A stretch of DNA of 23,327 nucleotides from the NCBI GenBank assembly GCA_963707215.1, contig CAVPPB010000005.1:1-23327 (forward strand). Reading direction: 5' to 3'. The DNA comes from an uncultured Chloroflexia bacterium (lineage in GTDB: Bacteria > Chloroflexota > Limnocylindria > Limnocylindrales > CSP1-4). The position numbers and the translations under genes were made by a program. Shown here in pieces: positions 1-8,846 of this stretch (the stretch's first letter is position 1; the number at the start of each line of letters is the position of its first letter). A model generated the notes under the pieces. That model saw only the letters and a list, made by a program, of their open reading frames with translations. It did no database searches and was not told where the DNA came from.

Positions 1-160
1 CTGTCCCTGTGCTGGACTCATCGTATTGCTCCCGTGTCTTGTGCAACCGTCAACCCGGCCACAGTTTCTTGCACGCCTGCCCGCCCCGCCGGACTACAAT
101 TCGGGTGGCACGGATGTGCCGTGGCGGACCGATTCAAGAACCTTGGGCTAGGAGGGCTCG

Positions 161-990
161 ATGGCGTCACGACACCCTTTGCTGCGCCCGCTCGCGGCAC
201 TCACCGTGGCCGCGGCCGTCCTGTCCGCATGCGCCGAGTCTCCCAGCCGCCCGCTGGACGACGCGCATGTGCACGACAGCGCGGACGCGGCGTCGCCCGG
301 ACTCCGTCGCGGACGGGTCCGGCCCGGCGACGTCGGGCCGGGCAGACCAGAAGGTCACGCCGGTGGGATCCAGCCGGCATCCCCACCGATCGGCTCACGA
401 CCTGGAGCCCCGGCATCCTGGGCGACACCCCGCTCAAGCTGCCCCTCGGCGCCGATGGGCTGCCGCAGCGCAAGACGGTCTGCGCCACGCTCAATCCGGG
501 CCAGGACGTCCAGGCCGCGATCAACGGCTGCCCCGCCGGCCAGGTGGTCAGTCTGGGGCGCGGGTCGCTCACCAGCTCGTCCACGTTGCAGCTCAAGAGC
601 GAGGTCGTCCTGCGCGGCTCGGGCTCGGACGGCGCGGCCAAGGACGGGACGACCATCGTCAAGACCGGCGGGTCGAGCGTCGTCGCAATCGGGTCGAGCG
701 AGGACCAGCCGTGCAACGGCGGCTGGGGACGGCCCGGCGTCCCGCGCGGACGCGCTCAACGGCTCGAAGATCGTCAAGGTCGGCGCCAACGCGACGAAGT
801 TCTCGGCGGGCGACCTCGCCTGATCGACGTCGTCGACGGCAGCGTCGTGCAGCAGGGCGACTGCTACTACTTCAAGCGCGTCAGCGGGCGGTCCGCGACC
901 CAGCGGGTCGAGGTCGCGTCCGTGAGCAGGCGCGCCGGGACTCTGACACTCTCGTCGCCGCTGCACTGGGACTTCAAGTCGGCGACCGGA
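161..990 (+). pseudogene. Frameshifted, 3'-truncated lipoprotein with a pectate-lyase-3/GH55-like beta-helix N-terminal region
   Basis: AGGAGG RBS at 150-155, then a signal peptide with lipobox (AAAVLSA-C). Coherent protein is recovered only by switching frames near 297, 366, 728 and 820: IPTDRLTTWSPGI...DVQAAINGCPAGQVVSLGRG...LKSEVVLRGSG, typical of beta-helix N-caps. It ends where the DUF4432-like sequence begins. The indels may be sequencing errors. Confidence 0.6.
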
Positions 991-1578
991 CTGCCAGACA
1001 GCGCCAACGCCACAATTCGGCCGTGACGTTCCTCAAACGACCGAGGATTGGGGAAATTGGTGCCAGGCTCGATGCCGGTCACATATCCGTCGGACGGTGC
1101 CTGCGTGTTGCCGCACCTGAGTAAACCACGGCAAGATCTGCAAGTTGAACGATAGACCCACACCCAAGTTCGCACGTGGGTTTCGCAGCATGACTTGCGT
1201 ATGACCGGAGGAATCGCCTCGCAATTGCAGGAAGTACACTTGCTCCCATGAATCGGCACGCGGAGCAGGGTAGGTCTGCCAATGCTCCACGCCGGCTTGC
1301 ATCGCGACTTGGTCACGCGGACAAAGCCGGGCCACTGCACGACGACTTGCCAGCCAGGTGCCAACAACGGTGCGCACCGATGTTGGTGTGATACATCATC
1401 TGCATCCGGGCCTCGACGCCACCGAAATTTTCCACCCTGTCCTGCCAGGTGATCGAGTCCATCAAAGTCGGCGGTGTACTCCACCGTCAGCCGCAGTTTC
1501 TGAAACAGAAAGCGGCATTCTTCGACCTCCGGCCGCGGACCGCGATGCTCCCGGCCACATCATCGACGGTCACCTCGA
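990..1578 (-). pseudogene. Internal/C-terminal fragment of a DUF4432 (aldose 1-epimerase-like) gene, frameshifted, lower GC
   Basis: Minus-strand pieces across frames read EVTVDDVAGSIAVRG-EVEECRFLFQKLRLTVEY, APLLAPG, EQVYFLQLRGDSSGHTQVMLRN, LPWFTQ and DGYVTGIEPGTNFPNPRSFEERHGRIVAL, which I recognise as DUF4432 C-terminal motifs. Hand-counted GC is 32/60 for 1141-1200 and 33/60 for 1201-1260. Boundaries are approximate. Confidence 0.7.
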
Positions 1579-1995
1579 AGAGCGCTGAGGCGAGCTGGAA
1601 CCCGGCCTACGGGAGTCGCGGCGGCTATCCGTACGGTGGGGCGTGCCTTCCGAAGGACACGACGGCCTTCCTGTCGTACGCTTCAGAGCATGGGCATGGA
1701 CCTGCCGCTGCTGGCGGCCACGATCGCGGTCAACGGCCGGATGGAGCAGCTCACGAGCGGTCCAGGGATCCCCGTCATGGAGTTCGAGCCGACCGACCGG
1801 CCCGTCGCGACCCCGTCCGGGGCCGTGCCGGTCGGACCCGGTCGCCACAACGGGTCGGCCGAGGATCTAGGAGAGCCCGGACCCGGACAAGGGTTCGGGG
1901 CCTTCGAGGCGGCGGGATCGGCAGGGGTCGGTCGCGCGGTCGGTTCCACCCCGGGACCCGCGAGCTTCATCGGGGAGACCGACTCCGAGCACTGA
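1577..1995 (+). pseudogene. 3' fragment of a UDP-glucose/GDP-mannose dehydrogenase family gene
   Basis: Catalytic motif YGGACLPKD (family GxGGxCxPKD). After a frameshift near 1688 it continues MDLPLLAATIAVN, then a low-complexity tail to TGA at 1995. The N-terminal NAD-binding domain is missing at the junction. Confidence 0.75.
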
Positions 1996-2001
1996 TCCGA
2001 C

Positions 2002-3705
2002 GTGGCACCTTCGGTTCGCCGGGCCATCCGGATCCTCTGGCCGATCGCATTCGTCGCCCTCATCGGGGGGGCGGCGCTCGCGTCCATCGGCATCCTGAGC
2101 ACGGCGTCCGCCTTCTCCTCGCTCGTGCCGCTGGGACTGTTCGGGCTCTATCGGTGGTCGATGTGGCTGGCCCGGAAGATCCCCGCTGCCTTCTACGCGC
2201 CGTACGGCGGCGATACACGGCGACCGCCTCGATCATCGTCCCGGTCTACCGCGAGGACCCGGAGATCTTCCGCCGAGCGATCGAGTCGTGGCTGGCCAAC
2301 GACCCCGACGAGGTCCTCCTGGTCATCGACTCGACCGACGAGCCCTGCATCGCGGTCGCCAGCGAGTTCCCGTCGCTCCGCGTGCTCATCACCGACGTTC
2401 CGGGAAAGCGACCGGCCCTCGCGCTCGGGATCGCCGAGGCGACGTGCGAGATCGTCGTCCTCGTCGACTCGGACACCATCTGGGAGCCCGGCGTCCTGGC
2501 GAGCATCTATCGCCCGTTCGCGGACCCGAAGATCGGCGGGGTCGGGACCCGACAGAACGTCTATCGTCCAGAGTCGATCTGGCAGAAGCTCGCCGACATC
2601 TACCTGGACATCCGGTACGCAGATCGAGGCGCCGGCCTACACCGTCGTGGGACGCGCCGTGTCGTGCCTGTCCGGGCGGACCGCGGCCTACCGGAGGGAC
2701 ATCCTGGTCCCTGCTCTCGGCGAGTTCCTGGATCAGCGCTTCATCGGCCAGCTCTGCATGAGCGGCGAGGACAAGCGGCTGACCTCGCTGGTGCTGAAGG
2801 CGGGGTAACGACGTATCACCGGACGATGCCCAGGTGTGGTCGACGTTCCCGACGACTACCGCACGACGGTCGCCGAGCGGACCCGCTGGGCCCGCAACGC
2901 GTTCCGCTCCGACCTGCGGGCCTTCTGGGAAGGCTGGATCCTGCGGCACCCCTACCTCGCGATCATGCTCCTCGACCGGATGATCTCGCCGTTCGCGCTC
3001 CTCGTGGCGCTCGCCTACGGGATCGCGGCCCTCGTCACCGGCCAGTGGCTGTGGCCGTCGTCCTGGGCATGTGGTGGCTCGTGAGCCGGGCCGTGAAGGC
3101 GATCTCCCGCACCTGGTGCGCAGACCCGGGATATCATCGTCCTGCCGGCATTCGTCGTCATGAACTTCGGGATGGCCATCCTGAAGATCCGCGCCCTGAT
3201 CACGGTGCATCACCACAAGTGGCTCACCCGGCCGGTCGAGGTCGTCGATGGACAGATCGTCCGCATCGACCCGTCGAAGGAGCGGCGGGTCGACCATCCG
3301 CCGCTCCGGGCGCGTCTCGCTGGGACAGGCGTCGCGCTCAGTCTCTTCTTCGCCGTGCAGTTCCTCCTGCTCGGGTTCGGCGGCGCCGGCTACTTGCCGC
3401 GCGCCGACACGACCCGGCCCGAGGTCGCCGCGGCCGTTCCCGCTTCGGTCCCGGCCGGCAGCCCCATCCTGGCCGGCGTCGTGGTCACCGGCGAGGATGA
3501 CAGCGCAGGGCTCAGCTACGTCTGGACGCTCCAGGGCGCCTATCTCGGATCCGCACCCGAGGTGATGCTGCCGCCGGACCTGGCTCCCGGTCGGTATCTC
3601 TGGGCCGTCCACGTCCGCGACGGGTCGGGCAACACGACCAGCCGTGACGGGGTGCTGGTCGTGACGGGCGGGTCCGAGGCGAGCAGCGAGGCGGCCGCTC
3701 CGTGA
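2002..3705 (+). CDS. Processive GT2 glycosyltransferase, hyaluronan synthase/NodC-like, with C-terminal TM plus Ig-like domain (multiple frameshifts, probably sequencing errors)
   Basis: Two N-terminal TM helices, then SIIVPVYREDP, GKRPAL, VLVDSDT (DxD), VSCLSGRTAAYRR, SGEDKRLT and ERTRW (QxxRW position), then more TM helices. Frame switches occur near 2212, 2622, 2805-2850, 3048 and 3100-3130. Confidence 0.8.
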
Positions 3706-5396
3706 GCGGCGCGGGCCTGGGGATGCCCCCCGACCCGGAGGAAGCGGTCGAGCCGGCCGATCCATCGAGCCTGGAGCCGGCCGGTGACTCGCCCGAGGCG
3801 ACCGACACGTCTGACGCTGCGTCCGCGACGTCGGACCTTCGGTCGCGGGCATGGGCCCTGCTCGAGCACCCGTGGGCCGTCCCGGCGCTCCTGACCGCTC
3901 TCGCGGCGCTCACCTTCGTCTGGGAGATCGGCGATCGCAGCCTGTGGCTCGACGAAGCCACGAGCGTCACGTTCGCGCGCCGGTTCGTCACCGACTTCCC
4001 GGTCTTCTCCGACTACAACATGACCCTCTACTACGGGCTGCTCTACGTCTGGACGAACCTTGGCGTCGGCGAGTCGGAGGCGGCGGTCCGGCTGCTCTCC
4101 GCGATCTTCGCGACGGCGTCGGTACCGATCCTCTATGGGCTGACCCGGCGGCTCTTCGGTCCAGGGACCGCCGCCCTGGCGGCCCTCCTGCTCATCGTCA
4201 ACGCCTTCGTCGTCTACTACGCTCAGGAGACCCGCGGCTACGCGCTCCTGATGCTGCTGACGGTATCGGGAGCCTGGCTCGTGCTCCGGGCCATCGAGCG
4301 GCCCACGTGGCCTCGATGGGCTGCCTTCGCCATCGTCGCCGTCCTGGCGATGTACACCCACTTCTTCGCCGGTCCCGTCCTGGTCGCCTTCGCCGTCTTC
4401 GCAGTGCTCGTAAGGGGCCCCCGCGGCCTGGCCGGCTGGGCCTCGGTCGCGGCCACCGGGATCCTCGTGAGCACCCTGCCGCTGGGCGTGGCGATCATCG
4501 CCCGCGGCGCCTGCCAGATCGACTACCTGCCTGAGCTATCCGTCGCCACGCTCGCCGTTGCCCTGCAGGAGGTGACCGGAGACCAGGGCCTGGGGCGTCC
4601 GGAGGATCAGGCGTTCCTCTTCGGATCGGCCCTGCTTGCGACGTATGCCGTCCTCGTCGGCATCGGCGTGTTCGCCGGGATCCGCGCCATCCGGACCCGC
4701 GCGGCCGAACGCGACGGCTACCTCCTCGCCATCCTGGCCCTGTTCGTGCCGATCGGCCTCGTCATCGTCACGTCGGCGCTGGTGACACCAGTCCTGGCTC
4801 CGCGCTACCTCATCATCCTAGCGCCCTGGCTGGCGTTGATCGCCGCACTTGGCATCGAGGCGGTGAGGCCGCGGTGGATGGGGACGATCCTCGGCGTCGG
4901 GCTGATCGTCCTGTCGGTCGCCGGGACCCTCCACCTGTACTCGCTGCCTGGCCGAGAGGAATGGCGGACAGTGGCCAGCGTGATCCTCGATGACGCGCAG
5001 CCCGGGGATGGCGTCATCTTCTACACGAGCTCCGGGGAGAAGCCGTTCGCCTACTACACGCGCCGAGATGATGCCGTCGCGCGGGCACCCGTCCAGATCG
5101 AGCTACCGAGCGACAACGCTTGCCGGATCGACGAGCGGTACGAGTCGAGGCTCCTCGCCGGCCTCGCTCGCGTGGACCCGCTCTACCACCAACGGATCTG
5201 GGTGGTGCTGACGCACCAGGCTGAGGGCGCCGAGCAGGAGAGGTTGATCCTCGAGCAGCTCGAGGGATCCTACGAGGTCGTCGAGCGACAGCGGATCGGC
5301 GAGAAGATCGAGGTCGTCCTGTTCGCGGCGACCCCCCCATCGTCCACGGCCGCACCCGGCTCGGGGGGAACGCCACGGTCCGGACTGACGGGCTGA
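3702..5396 (+). CDS. GT-C fold membrane glycosyltransferase (GT39/PMT_2, ArnT-like)
   Basis: Intact 564-aa ORF with a GTGA overlap on the GT2 stop. Contains SLWLDEA, RLLSA, YYAQETRGY, YTHF and PRYL motifs, about 11 TM segments and a C-terminal soluble domain. Confidence 0.88.
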   Translation: MSGAGLGMPPDPEEAVEPADPSSLEPAGDSPEATDTSDAASATSDLRSRAWALLEHPWAVPALLTALAALTFVWEIGDRSLWLDEATSVTFARRFVTDFPVFSDYNMTLYYGLLYVWTNLGVGESEAAVRLLSAIFATASVPILYGLTRRLFGPGTAALAALLLIVNAFVVYYAQETRGYALLMLLTVSGAWLVLRAIERPTWPRWAAFAIVAVLAMYTHFFAGPVLVAFAVFAVLVRGPRGLAGWASVAATGILVSTLPLGVAIIARGACQIDYLPELSVATLAVALQEVTGDQGLGRPEDQAFLFGSALLATYAVLVGIGVFAGIRAIRTRAAERDGYLLAILALFVPIGLVIVTSALVTPVLAPRYLIILAPWLALIAALGIEAVRPRWMGTILGVGLIVLSVAGTLHLYSLPGREEWRTVASVILDDAQPGDGVIFYTSSGEKPFAYYTRRDDAVARAPVQIELPSDNACRIDERYESRLLAGLARVDPLYHQRIWVVLTHQAEGAEQERLILEQLEGSYEVVERQRIGEKIEVVLFAATPPSSTAAPGSGGTPRSGLTG

Positions 5397-5402
5397 CCGA
5401 CG

Positions 5403-5428
5403 GGCTTGGACTCGCCGCGGTCCGAGCC
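5403..5428. terminator. Stem-loop between convergent genes, putative bidirectional terminator
   Basis: GGCTTGGAC (5403-5411) pairs with GTCCGAGCC (5420-5428) with one G-U pair and an 8-nt loop. No U-tract. Confidence 0.4.
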
Positions 5429-5445
5429 GCCATCTGCCGGCCTCG

Positions 5446-6201
5446 CTAGCCGTCACCGGTGGCGCTGAAGTCATCGAAGACGACGTCGAAGGCCCGACCA
5501 TCGTTGTTGTCGCCGAGTTGGACGCGTCCGACCGGCTCGGCTCCCAGGTCCTGGGTGCCCGAGAGCGCATCGACCAGCTGCCCGTCGAGCCCGACCTCGA
5601 CCATCCCAGCCGCCCCGGCGATCACCTGACGCAAGGTCAGCTCGTGCCATGCGTCGAGCGTCGGAAGCGCGTCGCTCGTCGTCGTGGTGCCGGCAAGGCT
5701 GTTTCGGAAGGCCAGGGTGCCTGAGTTCGTCAGGTAGATGCCGGCACCGTAGGTGCCGGTCGCCGACGCCGTCCGCATCAGGTATGTCGACTCGCTGGGA
5801 ACGGCGAGGACCTTGAACCTGACCCGGATCGTCAGGTCCGTCTGGCCGGCGATCTCACGGAAGATGAACGCCTGCCCGTTGGCGGTGGACGCCCTGGCCG
5901 CGTATCTCCCCGAGTATGGATCGGCTGATTCGATCGACATCCCCTCGGACTCCGTCCAGGCGTCGAGGTCGCCTGACTCGAAGTCGTCCTCGAAGGGCAG
6001 ACGGCCGCCGTCCTCGCCGGGGCTTGCGACGGAGCCTGGCGAGGGGGACGAGGGGCCCGAGCCCGTACCGTCCGGGGCGAGCCCGGCGGCAGCCAGACCG
6101 AGAACGCCAACGACGACCACGACGACGGTCAGAATGGCTCCGACCCGTTCGGGGCCCAGAGCTCGGCGGACCCGGTAGGACCACGGGCCCTGATCAGACA
6201 T
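5446..6201 (-). CDS. Membrane-anchored protein with a LamG/concanavalin-A-like beta-sandwich domain
   Basis: ATG at 6201 overlaps the upstream stop. One TM helix and a Ser/Pro linker precede a beta-rich domain from FEDDFESGDLDAW through WHELTL to VVFDDF. Confidence 0.65.
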   Translation of the reverse strand: MSDQGPWSYRVRRALGPERVGAILTVVVVVVGVLGLAAAGLAPDGTGSGPSSPSPGSVASPGEDGGRLPFEDDFESGDLDAWTESEGMSIESADPYSGRYAARASTANGQAFIFREIAGQTDLTIRVRFKVLAVPSESTYLMRTASATGTYGAGIYLTNSGTLAFRNSLAGTTTTSDALPTLDAWHELTLRQVIAGAAGMVEVGLDGQLVDALSGTQDLGAEPVGRVQLGDNNDGRAFDVVFDDFSATGDG

Positions 6202-6970
6202 CGGCCCCGCCCTTGACCGGCGAAGAAGTCTGCGCACGCTCGACCGCCTGCTCGATCACTTCGGGGCTCGCTCCACTCAGCCCACGGAACATCAGCGCGA
6301 ACGCTGGCGTCGAGCCGCCCCTGCTGCTGATGGCGAGGCGATCGGTCAGGCCGCTGGCATCGATGGAGGACAGTGCCCAGCGGCCGATCAGTTCATCGGG
6401 CCCGATGTCGACTGGCCCTCGAACCTCCAGATCGTCGCCGTCGACCACGATGATGTAGCGGCCGCCGATGTCGAGCGGCCGCGAGCCGCCGATGAAGATG
6501 CCGGTGGCGAGGACCCTGGTCGTCGGTGGGGCGGCATGATCCTCCCCGCCGCCCGCCGAGCGCCTGTCCTGCGCCCTTGTCGGCCGTTGGGCCGCCGCCG
6601 TGTCCTGTACGTGATCGCCGCGCGGCCCCTCGGCGGCCGGGATCGACGTCTCGGGGATGATCTCCATGGTCTCCGGTGAGTCGGGCTCCGCTCGCGGCTC
6701 AGCCGTCGGCGGCCGATCGCGTGCTCGCCCTGTGTCCTGCCCGCACGACGGGCACATGTAGACCCAGCCCTCGGTTCGTGCGCCGCATGAGGGGCACCGG
6801 CCCGGTGGCGCGAGCTGGAGGATCACGAAGGCGATCGGCCCGAGGATCGAGCCAAGCACGATCCAGGCAGGCACGCTCCGTCGCCGTCGGTCGGCGATCA
6901 CGGCCGCGCTCAAGCCGAACGCCACCACCCAGACGACGATGAGCACGGCGATGGTGAGCCATTGGCTCAT
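6194..6970 (-). CDS. Hypothetical membrane protein with a zinc ribbon
   Basis: GGGAGGG RBS-like sequence upstream. Two N-terminal TM helices, CPSC-x10-CPSC, a disordered linker and a C-terminal beta-rich domain. Confidence 0.7.
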   Translation of the reverse strand: MSQWLTIAVLIVVWVVAFGLSAAVIADRRRRSVPAWIVLGSILGPIAFVILQLAPPGRCPSCGARTEGWVYMCPSCGQDTGRARDRPPTAEPRAEPDSPETMEIIPETSIPAAEGPRGDHVQDTAAAQRPTRAQDRRSAGGGEDHAAPPTTRVLATGIFIGGSRPLDIGGRYIIVVDGDDLEVRGPVDIGPDELIGRWALSSIDASGLTDRLAISSRGGSTPAFALMFRGLSGASPEVIEQAVERAQTSSPVKGGADV

Positions 6971-7103
6971 GATCTCGATCTACCCTCCCGGACCGGACTC
7001 GCATCGTACCGGGCATCGGATGGTGTTGGCGATCGCCCGGGCGGGCATGTTGCTTGCGGGCACCAGATGAGGGGGCGCTGACCATGCGGATGCCTGCCTC
7101 CGC

Positions 7104-7832
7104 CTACCGCAGCGTCCCGCCCGGCTCCAGCTCGTGGACCGTGACGTCCGAGAGGCCGCGCGCGGCCAGCCGCTCGCGCAGCTCGGCCGGCGTCCCGGCC
7201 AGGATCGGGAACGTCCCGTAGTGGATCGGCAGGACGTGCTTCACGCCCAGCATCTCAACGGCGACGGCCGCCTCACGTGGGCCCATCGTGTAGTGGCCCC
7301 CGATCGGCAGCATCGCCAGGTCGGGCTCATACAGGTCGGCGATCAGCTCCATGTCGCCGAAGACGGCCGTGTCGCCGGCGTGGTAGATGCGGAAGTCGTT
7401 CTCGAGCTGGACGACGAAGCCGGCCGGCTCGCCCAGGTAGAGGGTGGTGTTGCCGGGCTGGCTCCAGTCGCCGGCGGAGTGCTCAGCCGGGGTCATCGTC
7501 ACCTTGAGGCCCTCGACCTCGACGGTCCCGCCCTTGTTCATCCCGATGACCTGGTCCGAGCCGCTGCAGTTCGGCCCCAGCCAGAGCGAGCACTCGTGGA
7601 TGGCCGGCCAGGCCGGGCGCAGCCGGTTCGCGATGTCGACCGCCTCGCCCATGTGGTCCGAGTGGCCGTGAGTGACGAGCATGACGTCGCAGCGGTCCAC
7701 CTCGCTGGCCGCCTTGGGACTCTTCGGGTTGCCGAACCAGGGGTCGAACAGGATGACCTTGCCGCCGGGTGTCAGGACCTCGACGCAGGCGTGGCCGTAC
7801 CAGGTGATCGACGTGTCGCGACCGAGCGTCAT
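7104..7832 (-). CDS. UPF0173-type metallo-beta-lactamase-fold hydrolase
   Basis: ITWYGHA, DPW, THGHSDH (HxHxDH), AEHS, YHAGDT, LPIGGHYTMGP and PIHYGTFP. GGAGGT RBS at 7844-7839 and TAGGAT -10 at 7857-7852. Confidence 0.92.
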   Translation of the reverse strand: MTLGRDTSITWYGHACVEVLTPGGKVILFDPWFGNPKSPKAASEVDRCDVMLVTHGHSDHMGEAVDIANRLRPAWPAIHECSLWLGPNCSGSDQVIGMNKGGTVEVEGLKVTMTPAEHSAGDWSQPGNTTLYLGEPAGFVVQLENDFRIYHAGDTAVFGDMELIADLYEPDLAMLPIGGHYTMGPREAAVAVEMLGVKHVLPIHYGTFPILAGTPAELRERLAARGLSDVTVHELEPGGTLR

Positions 7833-7923
7833 GTGGGTACCTCCGGCGGCCATCCTAGCGGGGGCGACGGGGGCGGGGAGGGCCGAGCGGACCCGCCGTG
7901 CCCGGCGCCCGTACACTCCTCGC

Positions 7924-8772
7924 GTGGCAGCCCAGTCGATCGGCCTGAACCTCGCGTACATCAACTGGACGGTGCTCGTCGCCCTCTCGGCGGGCGCGTT
8001 CGCGGCCGCCGTCCTCCTTCGCCTCCGGACCCCGGCCACCAAGGGCTTCCTCGGCTTCACGGCGACGTCGGCGCTGGTGATCGGGCTGCTGGCCTTCCTC
8101 TCCGACGTCAACCTGCCGCCGGCCCCGGTCGACTCACCGGTCACCGCCGACGCGGCCTTCGACCCGATCCGCCGTGGGGCCTTGGCCGGGTACCTGGTCG
8201 CCGCCGCCGTCACGACGTGGATCATGTACCGGGCAGGTCGGGTGGAGCGGGTCGGGCTTCTCGGCGTCGGCCTGGCGCTGGCAGCCCTCGGACTGTCGGC
8301 GCTGACCTGGGGCGGACCCTTCCCCGGGCTGGGGCCGATCGTCCTCCTGGTCCAGCTCCTGCTCCTGTCCGCCGCCACCGGCGGCGTCTTCGCGGCGATG
8401 ATCCTGGGCCACTGGTACCTGGTCACCCCGAAGCTGCCCGAGGCGCCGCTCATCCTGCTCTCCCGGTTCCTCATGGCGATCGTCGCCGGCCAGCTCGCCT
8501 TCTTCGTCGCCTGCGTCGGGCTGGGCGTCTCGGCGCCGGGGCTCGAGCTCGGTCCCCTCGAAGCGCTGGCCGGCCCGCAGGCGCTCTTCGTGTGGCTGCG
8601 CCTGATCATCGGCCTGGTCTTCCCGCTCGTCGTCAGCTGGATGGCGCTCCAGACGACGAAGACGCGCTCGATGGAGTCGTCCACCGGCCTCCACTACATC
8701 AACGTGGGGGTCATCACCGCCGGGACGATCGTCGCGGCCGGCCTCTACTTCGGCGCCGGGCTCTTCGTGTAG
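7924..8772 (+). CDS. Conserved hypothetical polytopic membrane protein (GHWYL motif), about 8 TM
   Basis: Hydrophobic ORF with AMILGHWYLVTPKL and S-TGLHY. GTG start 6 nt after a TACACT box (7912-7917). Confidence 0.8.
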   Translation: MAAQSIGLNLAYINWTVLVALSAGAFAAAVLLRLRTPATKGFLGFTATSALVIGLLAFLSDVNLPPAPVDSPVTADAAFDPIRRGALAGYLVAAAVTTWIMYRAGRVERVGLLGVGLALAALGLSALTWGGPFPGLGPIVLLVQLLLLSAATGGVFAAMILGHWYLVTPKLPEAPLILLSRFLMAIVAGQLAFFVACVGLGVSAPGLELGPLEALAGPQALFVWLRLIIGLVFPLVVSWMALQTTKTRSMESSTGLHYINVGVITAGTIVAAGLYFGAGLFV

Positions 8773-8846
8773 GGTCGAGCGATGCACGTTCCAGCAGCGA
8801 CGGAACAGTCCGCGCGAAGCCCCGGTCAGGCGTTGGCGAAGCTGTC

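Noticed and set aside
106-120. TGGCACGGATGTGC as a sigma54 -24/-12 promoter
   Set aside because: The GG-to-GC spacing is one base short of the strict consensus. It may only be the GGCAC-N4-GTGCC palindrome, and the region is indel-prone.
2875-2889. ERTRW instead of QxxRW as a novel catalytic variant
   Set aside because: A single GAG/CAG difference in an error-rich stretch cannot be trusted.
2002-3150. Programmed frameshifting or phase variation in the GT2 gene
   Set aside because: There are too many shifts, no slippery or simple-repeat tracts, and neighbouring genes are equally affected.
1449-3500. 683-aa ORF as a dehydrogenase-GT2 fusion protein
   Set aside because: It is a mosaic of short in-frame pieces of two genes plus off-frame Arg-rich text produced by indels.
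7104-7832. Metallo-beta-lactamase resistance gene
   Set aside because: The motifs fit the cytoplasmic UPF0173 hydrolase family and there is no signal peptide.
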